This document shows, in pieces, positions 1 through 8,259 of a stretch of DNA of 64,000 nt. A model generated the notes under the pieces. The model was not told the origin of the DNA and ran no database searches. It was given only the letters and a program-made list of their open reading frames with translations. Both the position numbers and the translations under genes were made by a program. The DNA is from an uncultured Alphaproteobacteria bacterium (lineage in GTDB: Bacteria; Pseudomonadota; Alphaproteobacteria; RF32; CAG-239): contig CALXWC010000002.1 in assembly GCA_944392265.1 (NCBI GenBank), positions 17,729 to 81,728 of the forward strand, read 5' to 3'. Position 1 is the first letter of the stretch. Each line of letters begins with the position of its first letter.

Positions 1-711
1 GCTGATAACTATGGTCATGTTGTCCATTTAGGTGAACGCGATTGCTCTATTCAACGTAATCACCAAAAAGTCATTGAAGAAACCCCTTCTCCGGCTTTAA
101 ACCAAAAACAACGCGAAGAGATTGGCGAAATTGCACGTCATGCGGCAGAAGTTTTGGGATATAACAATGCCGGAACAATGGAGTTTTTGTTCGAAGACGG
201 AAAATTTTATTTCTTGGAAATGAACACTCGTTTGCAAGTTGAACACCCGATTACCGAAGCTATCAGCGGAATTGATATTGTTAAAGAACAAATTAGAATC
301 GCTAGCGGAGCTCAGCTTGGATATTCTCAAAAAGATATCCAATTCAGCGGCCATGCTATTGAATGCCGTATCAATGCCGAGGACCCTGAAACCTTTGCTC
401 CTTGGCCTGGAAAAATTACCGAATGGCATGCTCCAGGCGGTCTTGGCGTTCGTGTAGATTCTGAAATTTATTCAGGCTATAAAATTCCTCCATTCTATGA
501 TAGTATGATTGCAAAACTTATTGTACATGGAAAAACACGCAATGCCGCTTTGATGCGTTTGCGTCGCGCTTTGGAAGAATTTGTAATTGAAGGTGTTAAA
601 ACAACTATTCCATTACACCAAGAAATCATTTCTCAAGCTGATTTTATTGATGGTCAATATAATATTCATTGGCTTGAAAAATTTATGAATTCTAAGAAAA
701 ACGCTAAATAG
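1..711 (+). CDS. accC: Biotin carboxylase (acetyl-CoA carboxylase subunit), C-terminal part; 5' end lies outside the window
   Basis: Frame 1 is open from base 1 (ADNYGHVVHLGERDCSIQRNHQKVIEE...). Translation contains GYNNAGTMEFLFEDGKFYFLEMNTRLQVEHPITE and ...INAEDP..F.PWPGKI..., typical of biotin carboxylase ATP-grasp and C-terminal domains. A hairpin terminator follows. Confidence 0.93.
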   Translation, partial: ADNYGHVVHLGERDCSIQRNHQKVIEETPSPALNQKQREEIGEIARHAAEVLGYNNAGTMEFLFEDGKFYFLEMNTRLQVEHPITEAISGIDIVKEQIRIASGAQLGYSQKDIQFSGHAIECRINAEDPETFAPWPGKITEWHAPGGLGVRVDSEIYSGYKIPPFYDSMIAKLIVHGKTRNAALMRLRRALEEFVIEGVKTTIPLHQEIISQADFIDGQYNIHWLEKFMNSKKNAK

Positions 712-730
712 TTTTAGCTTGTATTTTTTA

Positions 731-755
731 GCCCCCTTTTAGGGGGCTTTTTTTA
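731..755 (+). terminator. Rho-independent terminator after accC
   Basis: gcccccttttagggggc hairpin followed by a T-run. Confidence 0.8.
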
Positions 756-865
756 TTAACTAACCAAAATATAAAATATTTTGCTCCTAAACATTTCTGA
801 TTTTTTAGCTTTATCTTTTTTTATTTTCTGTTATATTTGTTTTATAAAAATATAATTATGATATT

Positions 866-1561
866 ATGAAAAGAGATGAAAATTTAGCGCATATTTATTA
901 TGCTTGCGCACCTTTACTCTTAAGTACGTTTAAGATTATTACCATTGAAACTGAAGAAAAATTCAAATTGTTATCTTGGTATATAAAAGAAAAAAAATAC
1001 ACTAATGTTTTGATATTTTATCAAAATATGGTTTGGGGTTGTATAAAACAAGAATATAGTATTTTATTTTCTCAATTGGTTTCTGATATTCAACTTTCTG
1101 TAGCACAAAAAAGAAAGAAGGCTCTTTTTATTTCCTTTAAATGTGCCTCTTTCCAAAGATTTTTAAGCTCCTTTGAGAAGAAATTCAAGAAAGAGATATA
1201 TACAGAAAACAATAATGCCATTTTCTCCAGAGCGAGCAAAGATATTTATTGGATTAGAAAACAACTTGCTTACGATATCAGTGAAGCTTATTTTCTAAAT
1301 GAAGATCCTGAAGCATGGAACAAGCTCTATCTTTATTGTACACAAATCCAAAAATCTATGGAGGAAGCAATATACAACCCAAACAACAAGCATGATACCG
1401 TTTGCTTAAAACTTATGCTTAATGATATAAAAAAGATTTCTAAACAAAAAAAATTTTTAGAAAACAGCTTTATTCATAAAAGAGAACAACAACTGAATTT
1501 TTCTTATCGGAAACTCATTCCTCCAATGCTTATTAATTTATTGGAGGAATGGCTAAAATAA
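866..1561 (+). CDS. Hypothetical protein (231 aa), no recognisable motif
   Basis: Long ORF in an otherwise stop-rich AT-rich context, bounded by terminators. No SD seen, so the start is uncertain. Confidence 0.55.
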   Translation: MKRDENLAHIYYACAPLLLSTFKIITIETEEKFKLLSWYIKEKKYTNVLIFYQNMVWGCIKQEYSILFSQLVSDIQLSVAQKRKKALFISFKCASFQRFLSSFEKKFKKEIYTENNNAIFSRASKDIYWIRKQLAYDISEAYFLNEDPEAWNKLYLYCTQIQKSMEEAIYNPNNKHDTVCLKLMLNDIKKISKQKKFLENSFIHKREQQLNFSYRKLIPPMLINLLEEWLK

Positions 1562-1593
1562 AAAAAAGCACTCTTTATAGAGTGCTTTTTTTT
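1562..1593. terminator. Bidirectional rho-independent terminator
   Basis: A-run, gcactct/agagtgc hairpin, T-run, between convergent genes. Confidence 0.75.
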
Positions 1594-1605
1594 AGCAGAT
1601 ACTGT

Positions 1606-2205
1606 TTATTTTGTTTTTTCTTTTAAGTTGGCAATCAAAGCATCAATATCGCCATTATGATTTTTAATGAAAGCGGTGTATTCGTTTCTTGCAGTAATAG
1701 CCAAGCTTACATTTTCAATGATGATATCAACAATTTTAAAGTTATCAGCACTTTGTTTTACTCTCCAGACAACTTTTGCAGGCTCACCTTCACCCATATC
1801 TACGGTAGAGTTTACAAAGATTTGATTTTTTGAATTAGATGGTGTTGTTCCAATAAATTTAAAGTCTTTACCCTTAAATTCATCAAAACGGGCAGACCAT
1901 GTTTTGATATTCAACTTACGATAAACAGCAATAAAATCCTTTTTTTGTTGAGGAGTTGCCGTTCTCCAATAACGTCCCAAAACGAATTGACCAATAAAAT
2001 TTAAATCCAAAGCTTTGTTAAACAATTTTTCAAAACGTTCATCCTTAACTTGTTGAGATACGTTTGCATTGATAATATCTTCAATTCCGCTGTTAGTTAC
2101 GTCTTTTACAAAATTTTCTGCTTTTGCGGCATCTATTTCTGCTTTAGCAACTGTGGAGAAACACAAACTTATTCCCATTAAAGCAGACGCTAAAATCTTT
2201 TTCAT
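1606..2205 (-). CDS. mlaC: Phospholipid-binding periplasmic protein MlaC (Ttg2D/toluene-tolerance family)
   Basis: Signal peptide; ...FIGQFVLGRYWRTATPQQKKDF...F.....W..RF family signature; sits directly downstream of mlaA. Confidence 0.8.
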   Translation of the reverse strand: MKKILASALMGISLCFSTVAKAEIDAAKAENFVKDVTNSGIEDIINANVSQQVKDERFEKLFNKALDLNFIGQFVLGRYWRTATPQQKKDFIAVYRKLNIKTWSARFDEFKGKDFKFIGTTPSNSKNQIFVNSTVDMGEGEPAKVVWRVKQSADNFKIVDIIIENVSLAITARNEYTAFIKNHNGDIDALIANLKEKTK

Positions 2206-2222
2206 AAAAATCTCCTTATATT

Positions 2223-2987
2223 TTATTCTACATATTCAATATCTTCTTCAAACTCAAAGTCATAAGAAACTGTATTTTCATTTGAAGAATCATTATATGA
2301 TTTTTGTTTATTTTGAATATACGCAGCTTTCATCGTTGTATAGTAATCAACGGAATTTTTTTCCAAATCTTTGGTATAATCGAGCAAAGCTTCTCTATCT
2401 ACAACAGCTTTAGCACCAACATAAGCAACATATGCATATCCACCGTCTTCATATTCTTCGCTTACCCAATAAACTGGAGAAATAAAGCCGTCAGCAACTG
2501 TTCCGGCAAATGCTCTCGGTGTTGTTGGACCAACAAACGGTAAAACTAAATAACTTCCTGATGGAACACCCCATTTAGCAAGAGTTTCATCAAAGCCGTC
2601 TTCCTCTCTTTTTAATCCCCAAGCACCGGCTACATCATGTGTTCCGACCAAGCCTAAGGTAGAGTTAATTACAAAACGGCTCAGAGAAACGCCTGAGTTT
2701 TTAAATTCTCCTTGCAAAATTTGGTTAACGGCTGATACCGGTTCTTTTAAGTTTGCAAAAAAGTTTCTAACTCTTTCTCTTCCATATGGAGTTGTAACAG
2801 CTCTATAACCTTCAGCAGCAGGAACCAAAATGTACTTATCAAGTTTATCATTAAACTTGAACATAACACGGTTAAACCCTTCATATGGGTCATCTATTTC
2901 ATGAATATCTTGCTGGGAGGCATTAATTGTGAAAGGGGTTAAACAAGCAACACTACAAATGAGAGTACTTAAAATTCTTTTTTTCAT
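2223..2987 (-). CDS. mlaA: Outer-membrane lipoprotein MlaA/VacJ
   Basis: Signal/lipobox followed by DPYEGFNRVMFKFNDKLDKYILVPAAEGYRAV, a VacJ family signature. Confidence 0.88.
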   Translation of the reverse strand: MKKRILSTLICSVACLTPFTINASQQDIHEIDDPYEGFNRVMFKFNDKLDKYILVPAAEGYRAVTTPYGRERVRNFFANLKEPVSAVNQILQGEFKNSGVSLSRFVINSTLGLVGTHDVAGAWGLKREEDGFDETLAKWGVPSGSYLVLPFVGPTTPRAFAGTVADGFISPVYWVSEEYEDGGYAYVAYVGAKAVVDREALLDYTKDLEKNSVDYYTTMKAAYIQNKQKSYNDSSNENTVSYDFEFEEDIEYVE

Positions 2988-3118
2988 TGCTCAACTCTTT
3001 GTGATTAAAAACAATTCTTCCTTAATATAGCATTATTTTATTTGAAATCAACAAAATTTTGGATAAATTATATTCTTAGAGGTATGTTTACGGCATTGAG
3101 ATATTAAGGAGTTTTCTT

Positions 3119-3874
3119 ATGAATATTTTTCATATTTCAGACTTACATTATAATCCTGATGATCAATTAGGACAAGCAAATATAAAAAAAGTTTTTGAAC
3201 ATATCTTAACTCAAGCAATAAAACCGGATTTACTTATTATTACCGGAGATATTATCAATGCTAATACGCTTAATTATGAACCCATATTTACTGAAATTAA
3301 AAACTTAAATATTCCGTTTTTATGCATTAGCGGAAACCATGACATATCTGAAAATTTGATAGAATCTTTGAAAAAATATTGTCCTGCACATCCTCTATCT
3401 ACACATAAAGGCAAGCTTGATTATATTTGTGATGACTTTCCTCTAAAATTTATTGCTCTTGATAGTTATGAAAGAAATATGGCCGGAGGAAATATCTTAG
3501 ATACTCAGCTTCAATGGATGGAAGATGAAATTATTCACTCAGATAAACCTGTTGTTATCTTAGTTCACCAATTTCCTCTTTGGGCTGACTTAGACTTTTT
3601 TGATAAAAAAACAGGTTCTTCATGGAGAAATAAATTTTGTGATATTGTGGCAAAACATAGTGCTAAAATCAAACTGATAGCCTCAGGACATATGCACAAT
3701 AGCCTTATGGGAACAATTGAAAAAACCCCTGTGGTTTCTTGTTTTAGCGCCAATTGGCAAGCCCATTTGGACTTTACCCCCTTTGACAACATGAAAGAAG
3801 ATAATCGTGCTGTGGGTTATTTTATTCATCGATATATAAATGGTAAATTTATTTCTTATGCCGTTTGTTTGTAA
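3119..3874 (+). CDS. Calcineurin-like metallophosphoesterase (CpdA-like)
   Basis: Motifs ISDLHY, TGDIIN, SGNHD, VHQFP and SGHMHN in canonical order; AAGGAG SD upstream. Confidence 0.8.
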   Translation: MNIFHISDLHYNPDDQLGQANIKKVFEHILTQAIKPDLLIITGDIINANTLNYEPIFTEIKNLNIPFLCISGNHDISENLIESLKKYCPAHPLSTHKGKLDYICDDFPLKFIALDSYERNMAGGNILDTQLQWMEDEIIHSDKPVVILVHQFPLWADLDFFDKKTGSSWRNKFCDIVAKHSAKIKLIASGHMHNSLMGTIEKTPVVSCFSANWQAHLDFTPFDNMKEDNRAVGYFIHRYINGKFISYAVCL

Positions 3875-3970
3875 CATTGTTACATTGATGAAATTTTTTG
3901 TGTTTTGCTTTTTTAGATAATTTTGCGTAGTATCCTTTCTAGTTAAAACAAATCAAAGGACTATGTTAAA

Positions 3971-5128
3971 ATGAATAAACCAAATAAACCTATTAACTTG
4001 TTTGATGTTCAAGCTTCTCAAAAAATCATTGGACAAGAAAACTTCTTAAACGCTTTCAAAACTATTTTGAACCACGGCGGATATGCTCAAGGTCCTGAAA
4101 CAAAAGAATTGGATGAAAAATTAGCTCAATTCTGCGGCGCTAAATACTGCTCTACTTGTGGTTCAGGTACTGATGCTTTGACTTTGGCTTTGATGGCTTG
4201 GGACGTTAAACAAGGTGACGCTGTTTTCGTTTCTTCTTTCACATTCGTTGCTTCTGCTGAATGCGCTGCCATTGTTGGCGCTACTCCGGTATTTGTTGAT
4301 TCTAAACCAGATACATACACTATGGATCCTCAAGACTTGCAACGCGCTATTGATGAAGTTAAAAAAGAAGGCAAACTCAATCCGAAAGTTGTTATTCCGG
4401 TTGATATTTTTGGTTCTCCTTGCGAATATGATGAAATCATCAAAATTGCTCATGCAAACGGCATGAAAGTTCTTTCTGACGCTGCTCAAAGCTTTGGTTC
4501 TGTTTACAAAGGTACAAAAGCCGGTAACATTACAGATATGACCGCTACTTCTTTCTACCCGACAAAACCTTTGGCTTGCTATGGTGACGGTGGTGCTGTT
4601 TTCTCTAACACTAACGAAGAAAACGAAATGGTTAAATCTTGCCGTGTTCACGGTATGAGCCCTGAAGATCACTATGATAACGTTCGTTTGGGCATGACCG
4701 GCCGTATGAATACTTTCCAAGCTGCCGTTGTTTTGCAAAAGCTCAAAGTTTTTGAACAAGAATTAAAAGATCGTTACACAATCGCTAAAAGATATGATAA
4801 TGAATTAAGCCCATACTTCAAAAAACAACGTATTTTGGATAACTGCCAATCTGCTTACGCTTTGTATACAATCAACTGCGAAGACAGAGATGAACTTATG
4901 GCTTATTTGAAAGAAAATGGTATTCCTTGCGGTGCTTATTACCCACGTCCGGTTCACACTCAAACCGCTTATGCTAAATGGAATACACGCAGTCTTCCTG
5001 TTTGCGAAAAACTTTCTAAGACTGTTCTTTCTATTCCAATGCATCCGTACTTGGAAAGCGATGTTCAAGATTATATCATTGAAACTATGAATAAGTTTGC
5101 TGAAAATAAAATCTCTAAAGTGGCTTAG
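3971..5128 (+). CDS. DegT/DnrJ/EryC1/StrS-family PLP-dependent sugar aminotransferase
   Basis: 385 aa; GPETKELDEKLAQFCGAKY..CGSGTDALTLAL...SSFTFVASA...DAAQSFGS...TSFYPTKPL pattern of the DegT family. Confidence 0.9.
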   Translation: MNKPNKPINLFDVQASQKIIGQENFLNAFKTILNHGGYAQGPETKELDEKLAQFCGAKYCSTCGSGTDALTLALMAWDVKQGDAVFVSSFTFVASAECAAIVGATPVFVDSKPDTYTMDPQDLQRAIDEVKKEGKLNPKVVIPVDIFGSPCEYDEIIKIAHANGMKVLSDAAQSFGSVYKGTKAGNITDMTATSFYPTKPLACYGDGGAVFSNTNEENEMVKSCRVHGMSPEDHYDNVRLGMTGRMNTFQAAVVLQKLKVFEQELKDRYTIAKRYDNELSPYFKKQRILDNCQSAYALYTINCEDRDELMAYLKENGIPCGAYYPRPVHTQTAYAKWNTRSLPVCEKLSKTVLSIPMHPYLESDVQDYIIETMNKFAENKISKVA

Positions 5129-5154
5129 GCCATTCCTATCATAGTTGATGATGT

Positions 5155-5188
5155 AAAAAAACTACCTGTAGAAATACAGGTAGTTTTT
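5155..5188. terminator. Bidirectional rho-independent terminator
   Basis: A-run, ctacctgta-gaaa-tacaggtag hairpin, T-run, between convergent genes. Confidence 0.8.
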
Positions 5189-5214
5189 GTTTGTAAAAAA
5201 ATTTTTATTTCTTA

Positions 5215-6366
5215 TTAATTAATTCCATTTAGAGGAGATTTATTATCTATATACTTTCTAACATTTTTACCAAATGTTTGATTAATATATTGCGTAATAG
5301 AACTTGGTTTGGGCTTAAATGTATCCGCCATTGATTGCGCTTGCAAAAGTTCTTCCATTTTTATGCTTTTGGCTAGAAAATCTCTTTTTTTAGCGGCTTC
5401 TTCTACTCCTTGAACTGCGGCCAAGTTAAACCATATATGAGCCTGAACAATGTTTTTGGGATACTTTGTTCCTGTTGCTAAAATATTTGCCAAGGCAACC
5501 ATAGCTTCCACATTACCTTGAACTGCAGCTTTGTTTAATATTTTAACACCGGTTCCATAGTTTTGAGGAGTACCATAACCATTCATATACATTTCAGACA
5601 ACACAATCATAGCTTCATCAAAGCCTTTGTTTGCTGCTTCTTTAACCAATTTAAATGCTTGTAAGTAATCTTTATCTACAATAAAGCCCTTATAATGAGC
5701 ATATCCAAGCATAAAACTTGCCGTAAAATTATTTGCATCTGATGCTTGCTTAAACAATGTCATGGCTTCTTCAGGACGATATAACTCTCCCTTGCTTGAT
5801 AGATAAATAAACGCAAGATTAACCATTGCTTCTGAATTACCTAAACTGGCTGCTTTTGAAAACATTTTTGCGGCTTCAAGAAGATTGCGTTTGGTGCCAA
5901 TTCCGCTATAATACAAACTTCCTAAATTATTAATAGCAATAACATTATCTTTGGCTGCAGCCTTTTGATAATATTCAAAAGACTTAGGATAATTTACCTC
6001 TATTTTATGCTCCGTATCTCCATATAAATATATATATCCTAGAGCAAGATCTGCATCAACATTACCTTCATTAGACATACGAATTAAACTTTCTTCATAT
6101 GTTTCTTCTTTAACTGAAGCATTTTGCTCATTTCCTTGAGTTACAACATCAGGCTTTTTATCTTTCCAAAACTGCAAAAAAGAAAATATTCCGCCGTCGT
6201 CTTCTTCTGATACAGAACCAGAAACCTCTGTCTTACTTTCAGCTTCCGCACTTTCTGTTTTTATATTAACAAGACTATCTCCGCTCAAAGACAAAACAGC
6301 TTCTTGCGCATAAACATCATTTGCGTAGGCAAGAAATAACATAAGCAACAATATTTTCTTTTGCAT
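5215..6366 (-). CDS. Secreted Sel1-like (SLR/TPR) repeat protein
   Basis: Signal peptide; acidic linker; about 7 tandem repeats of the form A..W/Y..A/KAA..G...A...LG.xY..G.G... Confidence 0.85.
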   Translation of the reverse strand: MQKKILLLMLFLAYANDVYAQEAVLSLSGDSLVNIKTESAEAESKTEVSGSVSEEDDGGIFSFLQFWKDKKPDVVTQGNEQNASVKEETYEESLIRMSNEGNVDADLALGYIYLYGDTEHKIEVNYPKSFEYYQKAAAKDNVIAINNLGSLYYSGIGTKRNLLEAAKMFSKAASLGNSEAMVNLAFIYLSSKGELYRPEEAMTLFKQASDANNFTASFMLGYAHYKGFIVDKDYLQAFKLVKEAANKGFDEAMIVLSEMYMNGYGTPQNYGTGVKILNKAAVQGNVEAMVALANILATGTKYPKNIVQAHIWFNLAAVQGVEEAAKKRDFLAKSIKMEELLQAQSMADTFKPKPSSITQYINQTFGKNVRKYIDNKSPLNGIN

Positions 6367-6373
6367 TACACAC

Positions 6374-8125
6374 CTATTTCACAGTTTGTTTTTTTGCCAT
6401 TAATATATTTTTTATCACTTTATTGTGACTTTTCTTTTGTTTGTTTTGATAATATGTTTGTTTCTTTTTTAGAATTCTACGAGTTCTTTCCTCTTTTTCA
6501 ACAAATAATGTTTTTTTATCAAAATCTTCCATCATTTCAAGCTCATCTTGATCAGGAATATTTTGATATTCTTCGGGTGCATTTAAATCGTTAATATCCT
6601 CACCGGAAAAGCGTACATCTTCATTTCCATATATATAACCATTATATCTGGGCAAAATGAATTGCAAATATCTTTCCGTTAAGTCCTCAACTTGATTTTC
6701 ATTTATAACCAAGCCCAAAGATTTTAACTCTGCATTATTAGTGTTAAAACCCATGCTTAAGTCAAAGGCCTTAAACGGACGATATATAAAGTTTTCATTG
6801 ATGAACTTTGCCGCAATATTATATATCGGGTGTTTTTCTTGACTAATGGGGTTTATAGACTCTCCGTCAAAATCAACTCCGTTTGCTTGTTTTGCATCTT
6901 CCAGACGAAAAGCTTTATCCATAACCTGTAGGTTATAGGCCCTTATTTTTTCCTTATATTTTTGTTGTATTGCCATCTGATACTTAAATGTATTCATCTT
7001 AGCAATTTTTCTATCGCCTTCCGTTAGATATTTCTTTTCATTTTCTTCCCAATATCGCAGACCTCGTTGAGACGTATTTTCTGAAGATACCAACAATAAA
7101 TCTGCGTCTCGGCTTTCTTCATTTTCAACACCGGCATAAATTAAGTGTGTATCGTAATCACCTTCATTGAGCTTGTTGATTTTAATCTGCGTTTCTACAG
7201 TAAACGGATTTCCGTTCAAATCCATATTGATATAAATGCGTTTTTCACGATAATTTTTTAAGCCATAGGCTTTATTATCGTTAGAGTTTGCATTAAAGCT
7301 GTCTTTGCATTCTTTGGGGTTCACATGGTATTGCGGTGAATTTTTCAATAAATCCATCGTTTCTACCGTATCCGCATAATATTTTCTGGTTATGGTTAAA
7401 CGCATCATATCTTTTAAGCGTTGATATGGTTTAGGCAACTTACTTATTTCTTTATCTTGTTCCTCTTCAGAGAGCTTTTTCTTTTTGATTTTTTCAATGT
7501 CTTTTACAAATTGTTGATAATACTTACCACCCTGAGAAATTTGTTTTCCATCAGCATCATAAACAGGTAGTTTGATTTTATCTATTGCGCGGTGTATATT
7601 TTTCATTCCCGGCATAATTACATATATCGGGTTATCTCTATAGTCATAAAACGTTAAGCGCATTGATGTAAACGGCGTTATGTGTTTGGCCTGATATTCT
7701 TTATACATTCCCATGTTGTTGTGATTATGATATCCGGCTATTTGTTCATTTTTTTCGACCATTCCGGTTTCCAAATCTATGGCATTAATTTCTTCAGGAC
7801 CAATCTCCTCGCCCATTTCTTGTAATATTTTCATTTTTCCGGGACGATAGGTATTCATAAGCGTGTGGCATATATTTTTATACATCACACGATATGCCTC
7901 CATCGGATTACCAAATATTGAGCGCATATAATCAGCAGATTCTTCATCTATCATTCCTTTATTTTGATAATTATCAATGCAAGCGAGATTATATTGCTTA
8001 ATCTCGTCCATAATAGAATTAATCTCACGGGCAGATAAATTTTCAATATCTTGAGCTTTTATTTCAACTTTACCGTGGTGCGCTAATGATTTCTTTATTT
8101 TTGTTATTATTTCTTGATAATCCAT
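6374..8125 (-). CDS. Hypothetical 583-aa protein; central region weakly resembles a RelA/SpoT-like nucleotidyltransferase fold
   Basis: ORF trimmed to the internal ATG at 8125 (MDYQEI...). The longer ORF would run through a near-consensus promoter (8159-8187) and the flagellin terminator. Eight nt upstream of the Sel1 gene, so likely one operon. The fold resemblance is by eye only. Confidence 0.7.
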   Translation of the reverse strand: MDYQEIITKIKKSLAHHGKVEIKAQDIENLSAREINSIMDEIKQYNLACIDNYQNKGMIDEESADYMRSIFGNPMEAYRVMYKNICHTLMNTYRPGKMKILQEMGEEIGPEEINAIDLETGMVEKNEQIAGYHNHNNMGMYKEYQAKHITPFTSMRLTFYDYRDNPIYVIMPGMKNIHRAIDKIKLPVYDADGKQISQGGKYYQQFVKDIEKIKKKKLSEEEQDKEISKLPKPYQRLKDMMRLTITRKYYADTVETMDLLKNSPQYHVNPKECKDSFNANSNDNKAYGLKNYREKRIYINMDLNGNPFTVETQIKINKLNEGDYDTHLIYAGVENEESRDADLLLVSSENTSQRGLRYWEENEKKYLTEGDRKIAKMNTFKYQMAIQQKYKEKIRAYNLQVMDKAFRLEDAKQANGVDFDGESINPISQEKHPIYNIAAKFINENFIYRPFKAFDLSMGFNTNNAELKSLGLVINENQVEDLTERYLQFILPRYNGYIYGNEDVRFSGEDINDLNAPEEYQNIPDQDELEMMEDFDKKTLFVEKEERTRRILKKKQTYYQNKQKKSHNKVIKNILMAKKQTVK

Positions 8126-8158
8126 AGTCGTTCTCTTATTTTTTCTTCTTAAAACTAT

Positions 8159-8187
8159 ATTATAAAAAAAATATTGTTTCTTTTCAA
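8159..8187 (-). promoter_or_regulatory. Putative sigma70-type promoter for the 583-aa gene / Sel1 operon
   Basis: Minus strand reads TTGAAA-N17-TATAAT, about 35 nt upstream of the ATG at 8125. Confidence 0.55.
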
Positions 8188-8198
8188 CCCGAAATATC

Positions 8199-8235
8199 AA
8201 AAAAAAATCCCCCCGCATTGGCAGATGCGAGGGGG
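8199..8235 (-). terminator. Rho-independent terminator of flagellin 1
   Basis: Minus strand: ccccctcgcat-ctgccaa-tgcgggggg hairpin followed by a T-run. Confidence 0.85.
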
Positions 8236-8259
8236 CTGAATTTGTGTCTAATATAATAA

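Noticed and set aside
8126-8218. N-terminal extensions offered by the ORF track: 8126-8218 for the 583-aa gene, 9664-9690 and 11308-11337 for flagellins 1 and 2, 23648-23695 for the Asd-like gene, and 45730-45753 for the TolC-like gene.
   Set aside because: Internal ATGs have good SD sequences and give canonical N-termini (MADISL, MTKIAVVG, lipoprotein signal). The extensions would overlap promoter or terminator elements.
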